Below, one piece after another: positions 59,058-64,000 of a DNA stretch of 64,000 nt (positions within the stretch are counted from its first letter, which is position 1; every line of letters starts with the position of its first letter). Origin of the DNA: Escherichia phage LHE83. The stretch lies in the sequence record OQ561750. One strand, written 5' to 3'. Both the position numbers and the translations under genes were made by a program. The notes under the pieces were generated by a model, which saw only the letters and a list, made by a program, of their open reading frames with translations, did no database searches and had not been told where the DNA came from.

Positions 59058-59398
59058 GTATTTACCTTTTAGCTGGAGCCATTGCAGTAGGTGCTTACGG
59101 TTTTATTTCGTATCAATCAAGTCGTATTGATACCCTTACTGAAGAACTGAAAACTACCCAGCAAACGGCAAAACAGAACGCTGAAGCTGTAGAGGACCTT
59201 CGTGGTCAATACTCTGATATTGAATTCCGTACTACTGAAATGAATGCCCTAATGGATAAAATTAAGGTAGAAAATGAAAAGCTCCGTAAAGATTCGAAGA
59301 AGGCGCACGTGGTGGCAAGTAAGCCAGGACTGGTCGAAAAACAAATCAACAAGTCCTTCGATTCCTTTACAGAAGACTTCAGGAGCATTACAGAATGA
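59045..59398 (+). CDS. i-spanin (Rz-like inner membrane spanin)
   Basis: N-terminal TM helix + coiled-coil; followed by lipoprotein gene with overlapping start (T4 pseT.3/pseT.2 arrangement). Confidence 0.65.
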   Translation: MSKLSIYLLAGAIAVGAYGFISYQSSRIDTLTEELKTTQQTAKQNAEAVEDLRGQYSDIEFRTTEMNALMDKIKVENEKLRKDSKKAHVVASKPGLVEKQINKSFDSFTEDFRSITE

Positions 59399-59685
59399 TT
59401 AAATTATCTGTAGTAGTATTATCTATTGGCTTGTTAGTTGGATGTGCTCAGGAGCTTCCTGTAGTGCCTAAGCAACAACTACATCCTTCATGGCCACAAC
59501 CTATTGCCGAACATAATGTTAAATGGCAGGTTAAGGTAATCGATGGTAAAGCTTGGGTTGGGATGCCGTTTGAAGACTCCCAAGAACATCGTATTTGGTT
59601 GAATGACGTAAAAAGATATGTACAAGACCAGAAATCTATGTTATGTTATTATCGTTCCGGTCTAAAAGAGGAGAAGTGCAAATGA
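59395..59685 (+). CDS. o-spanin (Rz1-like outer membrane lipoprotein)
   Basis: Lipobox LVGC; Pro-rich N-terminal region; ATGA-coupled to i-spanin. Confidence 0.65.
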   Translation: MIKLSVVVLSIGLLVGCAQELPVVPKQQLHPSWPQPIAEHNVKWQVKVIDGKAWVGMPFEDSQEHRIWLNDVKRYVQDQKSMLCYYRSGLKEEKCK

Positions 59686-59789
59686 TTGAGACATGTGTTT
59701 GCGGTTGGGATGCCGTTAGATTTGGCGCTGCATTCTTTTGTTTTGGGATTGTGTTCAGCATGTGTATGCATGGTCTTTTCGGAAAGTAG
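59682..59789 (+). CDS. small membrane peptide (35 aa)
   Basis: SD GAGGAG; ATGA overlap with o-spanin stop; Cys-rich hydrophobic. Confidence 0.45.
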   Translation: MIETCVCGWDAVRFGAAFFCFGIVFSMCMHGLFGK

Positions 59790-59852
59790 TTTACAAACTC
59801 TTGGGAGCAGAGTATAATGCTCCTACGGATTATAAAAATTGAGGAAATTATT

Positions 59853-61056
<1,204 letters not shown>

Positions 61057-61057
<1 letters not shown>

Positions 61058-61254
61058 TGAATAATATCGAAAAGATTTTTCGTACAATCGAAGAAATTGA
61101 AAAACGTAAATGCTTTTTCTTCGGCGTATGGCCTTTAACTGATGGACGTATTGGCCTGGATGTTATGGACTATAGAGATGAAGACAAGGTCGATGGTGGT
61201 ATTTTTAAATCCGCTCCTGAACTCCTTGCCTTCTTGGAAGAACATTATGTATAA
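61057..61254 (+). CDS. hypothetical protein
   Basis: TAATG overlap with pseT. Confidence 0.5.
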
Positions 61255-61462
61255 CAAACACCACGAAGTTGAAGAAGAAGCTTATAAAGAGCTTCAGAAA
61301 CTGGTAGGTCAGAATATGTCTCCTACCCTCATTAACTCACTAGCAGCCCTTCGTAATGACCTCAATGAACGTTACAAAGGCGAGTACTATGTTGAGTTCG
61401 CTCCTCTGACTGAAGTCGTTGACCGGTTTATTGTTAACGTGAAGGTCCATACAGTACACTGA
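61247..61462 (+). CDS. hypothetical protein
   Basis: ORF. Confidence 0.45.
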   Translation: MYNKHHEVEEEAYKELQKLVGQNMSPTLINSLAALRNDLNERYKGEYYVEFAPLTEVVDRFIVNVKVHTVH

Positions 61463-61469
61463 GGTAATT

Positions 61470-61748
61470 ATGTTCCCTACTTATTCTGAAATTGTTAAAG
61501 TAGTTTTTAGTCAGATTGTATCTGATTACCTATACGAACCCGTCGACACGTCGACTGAACTAAAGGTGCATGGTCGTTTGTCTGCTATTCTGGAAATCAT
61601 GTTCCCGGATGCAGTTGATGCAATCACTGTTCAACTCACGCCTGGTGCAGCAATTGCAATTGTCCCATTTAAAATTGATAACCACATTTTGGCTATTTCA
61701 TGCAAAATGGACTTCCAGAAACAAACGGTAGTTGTCGAAGCAATTTAA
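61470..61748 (+). CDS. hypothetical protein
   Basis: SD GAGG. Confidence 0.5.
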   Translation: MFPTYSEIVKVVFSQIVSDYLYEPVDTSTELKVHGRLSAILEIMFPDAVDAITVQLTPGAAIAIVPFKIDNHILAISCKMDFQKQTVVVEAI

Positions 61749-61810
61749 GTGTTTACACTATGGTAGGACTGTGGTATAGTAGTCCTACCGAAACAAATGA
61801 GGAAATCGAA

Positions 61811-62365
61811 ATGAGCCAGTTCTTTGAAGAGCGTAAGTTTTATAAGTTCGTTGGTGAATACACTAAAAACAAATTCACTAATAACGGTGCTTATGGCCTC
61901 AATACAGCTTTTGCTAAGTATGTGGGTATGAATCCGTTTGAAGTTGAAATTGATTACCATAACGGGAAGCCACGTGTAAGCCGAATTCGTGTATATGACG
62001 AGATGATGTTTGTCGACCCGAGCAAAATGACAGGTAATCCTAATGATGCAAATAGTGTTCTTTTTAATTCGTCAGGCTTTTTTAGCCATGAATTCGAATA
62101 CTTTATCGAAGTGGTAGACCCTAAAGAACTGCAGTTAGTTTTCCAGAACCCTGAAATCAAACCTATTAAAACTCCGGCCGATTGGAAAGTGCTTATTGTT
62201 AAAAATGGTAAGATTGAAGTTCATTCTCGCCATAACACAAAGGAACAAGCCGATCGTCAGGCTGAAGAGCTTTTGACCAGTTCGTTCCAACAAGTGTGTT
62301 ATATTGTTAAAGGCGACGTTACCCAAGCTACCACTACCAAACAACTTAAGTTGGAGACCATCTAA
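61811..62365 (+). CDS. hypothetical protein
   Basis: SD GAGGA; preceded by GTTTAC promoter with 9-bp inverted repeat. Confidence 0.55.
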   Translation: MSQFFEERKFYKFVGEYTKNKFTNNGAYGLNTAFAKYVGMNPFEVEIDYHNGKPRVSRIRVYDEMMFVDPSKMTGNPNDANSVLFNSSGFFSHEFEYFIEVVDPKELQLVFQNPEIKPIKTPADWKVLIVKNGKIEVHSRHNTKEQADRQAEELLTSSFQQVCYIVKGDVTQATTTKQLKLETI

Positions 62366-62598
62366 TGCTGAGCGAACAACCTATTACTGTAGAGCAGTTC
62401 CAAGTTAAAGTTAAAGAATTTGCTCAGGCCCTGATTAATAAGGTTTCTGTACGTTTTCCTGACGCAACTCTGCGAGTAATTCAGGAATCACCACGTGCGG
62501 TATTGGTTATCGTTAATCCTAAAAATGGCGGCCAGATTACCCAGTTGAAACTTGGTTCTGATGGTCTGGTCGAAGCGCAGCGAGTGTTCATAGAATGA
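62365..62598 (+). CDS. hypothetical protein
   Basis: ORF. Confidence 0.5.
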   Translation: MLSEQPITVEQFQVKVKEFAQALINKVSVRFPDATLRVIQESPRAVLVIVNPKNGGQITQLKLGSDGLVEAQRVFIE

Positions 62599-63140
62599 AA
62601 GCAAGCACATACCTTCAGATTGCATATCTGATTTCTCAAGAATCAAAATGTTGTTCATGGAAAGTGGGTGCGGTTATCGAAAAGAATGGTCGCATTATCT
62701 CTACAGGCTATAACGGTTCACCGTCCGGCGGTGTTAACTGTTGTGACCACGCTGTGGAACAAGACTGGACCCGTGTTGTGTATGACCCAGCGCGGATGTC
62801 GCATAAATCTGTTCTTCTTAAAGAACACCGCATGGCTCACGCTGCATGGTCATCTAAAAATGAAATCCATGCTGAACTGAATGCTATTTTGTTTGCAGCT
62901 CGTACCGGAAGTTCTATTGATGGCGCTACGATGTATGTGACGTTATCTCCGTGCGCCGATTGTGCTAAGTCTATTGCGCAGTCTGGAATTAAAACATTGG
63001 TTTATGCTGAGCTCTATGACCGAAATCCTGAAGGGTGGGACGATATCCTCCGTGAATCAGGCATCGAAGTTATCCAGTATAATCGTACAGGTCTCCGTTC
63101 TTTGAACTGGGAATCAATTCAAAACTATTGTGGTGAATAA
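62595..63140 (+). CDS. cd: dCMP deaminase
   Basis: HAELNA...PCADCA zinc-binding deaminase motifs. Confidence 0.85.
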   Translation: MKASTYLQIAYLISQESKCCSWKVGAVIEKNGRIISTGYNGSPSGGVNCCDHAVEQDWTRVVYDPARMSHKSVLLKEHRMAHAAWSSKNEIHAELNAILFAARTGSSIDGATMYVTLSPCADCAKSIAQSGIKTLVYAELYDRNPEGWDDILRESGIEVIQYNRTGLRSLNWESIQNYCGE

Positions 63141-63373
63141 TGAAATTTCGTCTAGTTAAATTTTCAGGTCTGAACTCAAAAGGTGAAAGCTTAGTAGCCT
63201 ATTCAGTAGAATATAAAAAGTACTTTTTCTCTCGATGGAAATCGTACTATAAATCTGAGTGGGATTATGCCAACATGAATTACAAAACAGTACCTATTCT
63301 TGAAAATTGCCATAGCCTATTAAGAGCTCTAAAAGAGCGTAATGCAACCACTATCAAAACTATTCTGGAATAA
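63140..63373 (+). CDS. hypothetical protein
   Basis: ORF. Confidence 0.45.
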   Translation: MKFRLVKFSGLNSKGESLVAYSVEYKKYFFSRWKSYYKSEWDYANMNYKTVPILENCHSLLRALKERNATTIKTILE

Positions 63374-63375
63374 TT

Positions 63376-63675
63376 ATGATTTTAACTGAACAAGAAACTA
63401 TTCGTCTGCGTGAAAAAGTCAAGACTATTTTGTCTGTCGGCTTTCATGAAGTCATGTTTGAAAAGGCAGATGGCAGCGTTCGTCGTATGACTTGCACTCG
63501 TGACTTAGACCTGCTTCCATATAAAGAAGTCCAGGCCCCTGGCCCAGAAGCTAATAAAGAACCAGTTAATTATATTCGTGTATTTGATACCAAGGTTAAT
63601 GACTGGCGCTCATTCCGTTTCGATAAGCTGGTTTCCGTTAATGGGCTTCAGACTGAAACTCTGCTTGTCCTGTAA
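63376..63675 (+). CDS. hypothetical protein
   Basis: ORF. Confidence 0.5.
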   Translation: MILTEQETIRLREKVKTILSVGFHEVMFEKADGSVRRMTCTRDLDLLPYKEVQAPGPEANKEPVNYIRVFDTKVNDWRSFRFDKLVSVNGLQTETLLVL

Positions 63676-63733
63676 TATGCTTTAAGAATAGCGTGTTATT
63701 ATTAATCTATCAACAAAACAATATGGATTAAAT

Positions 63734-64000
63734 ATGGAACTTCCTATTAAAGCGGTCGGAGAATATGTTATTCTCGTTTCCGAACCAAAACAAGCTGGTG
63801 ATGAAGAAACTACTGCATCTGGTATCGTTATTGGCAAACTCCATCAAGGTGAAATCCCTGAACTTTGTGAAATTTATTCTGTAGGACCTGATGTCCCTGA
63901 AGATTTTTGTGAAGTAGGTGATTTGACTCCACTTCCTGTTGGTAAGATTGCTAACGTGCCTCATCCGTTGGTTGCATTGGGTATTAAACAACCTAAAGAA
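63734..64000 (+). CDS. 31: co-chaperonin gp31 (GroES-like), 3' end beyond window
   Basis: [22 protein letters not shown]...VGPDVPE.FCEVGDL matches T4 gp31; MotA-box-like TGCTTTA upstream. Confidence 0.85.
   Translation, partial: MELPIKAVGEYVILVSEPKQAGDEETTASGIVIGKLHQGEIPELCEIYSVGPDVPEDFCEVGDLTPLPVGKIANVPHPLVALGIKQPKE

Overview
The window is a ~64 kb segment of a T4-like (T-even, Tevenvirinae-type) phage genome, collinear with the T4 early/late map. Gene identities were assigned by reading the translations against remembered T4 proteins and motifs; no database search was run. On the + strand, in order: a divergent modification cluster, uvsX, 40, 41, 61, 56 (dCTPase), soc, modB/modA-like ADP-ribosyltransferases, dda, dexA, a fused 39 topoisomerase subunit, rIIA, rIIB, ndd, stp, 52, motA, asiA. 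On the - strand: holin t and the long-tail-fibre genes 38-37-36-35-34. Then + strand again: rnh, dsbA, 33, 59, 32, frd, td, nrdA, an HNH homing endonuclease, nrdB, denA, rnlA, alc, a spanin pair, pseT, cd and the start of 31. The most unusual content is a five-gene overlapping operon (847-4997) at the T4 42/beta-gt position. It encodes a sugar-kinase/nucleotidyltransferase fusion, a small HAD phosphatase, a Tmk-like kinase, a divergent dCMP-hydroxymethylase-like enzyme and an unassigned 297-aa protein, which I interpret as a candidate cytosine hypermodification module. Other notable features are a large family of early promoters (GTTTAC, 17 bp, TGnTAYTAT) that carry inverted repeats and a conserved CCTATCAAC element, CUUCGG-tetraloop hairpins used as terminators and next to ribosome-binding sites, a T2-type adhesin module (glycine-rich gp38 plus a gp37 C-terminal chaperone-like domain), several tandem paralog pairs, and a set of short membrane-peptide genes below the 60-aa ORF cutoff. 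No tRNA genes, CRISPR arrays or group I introns were seen.
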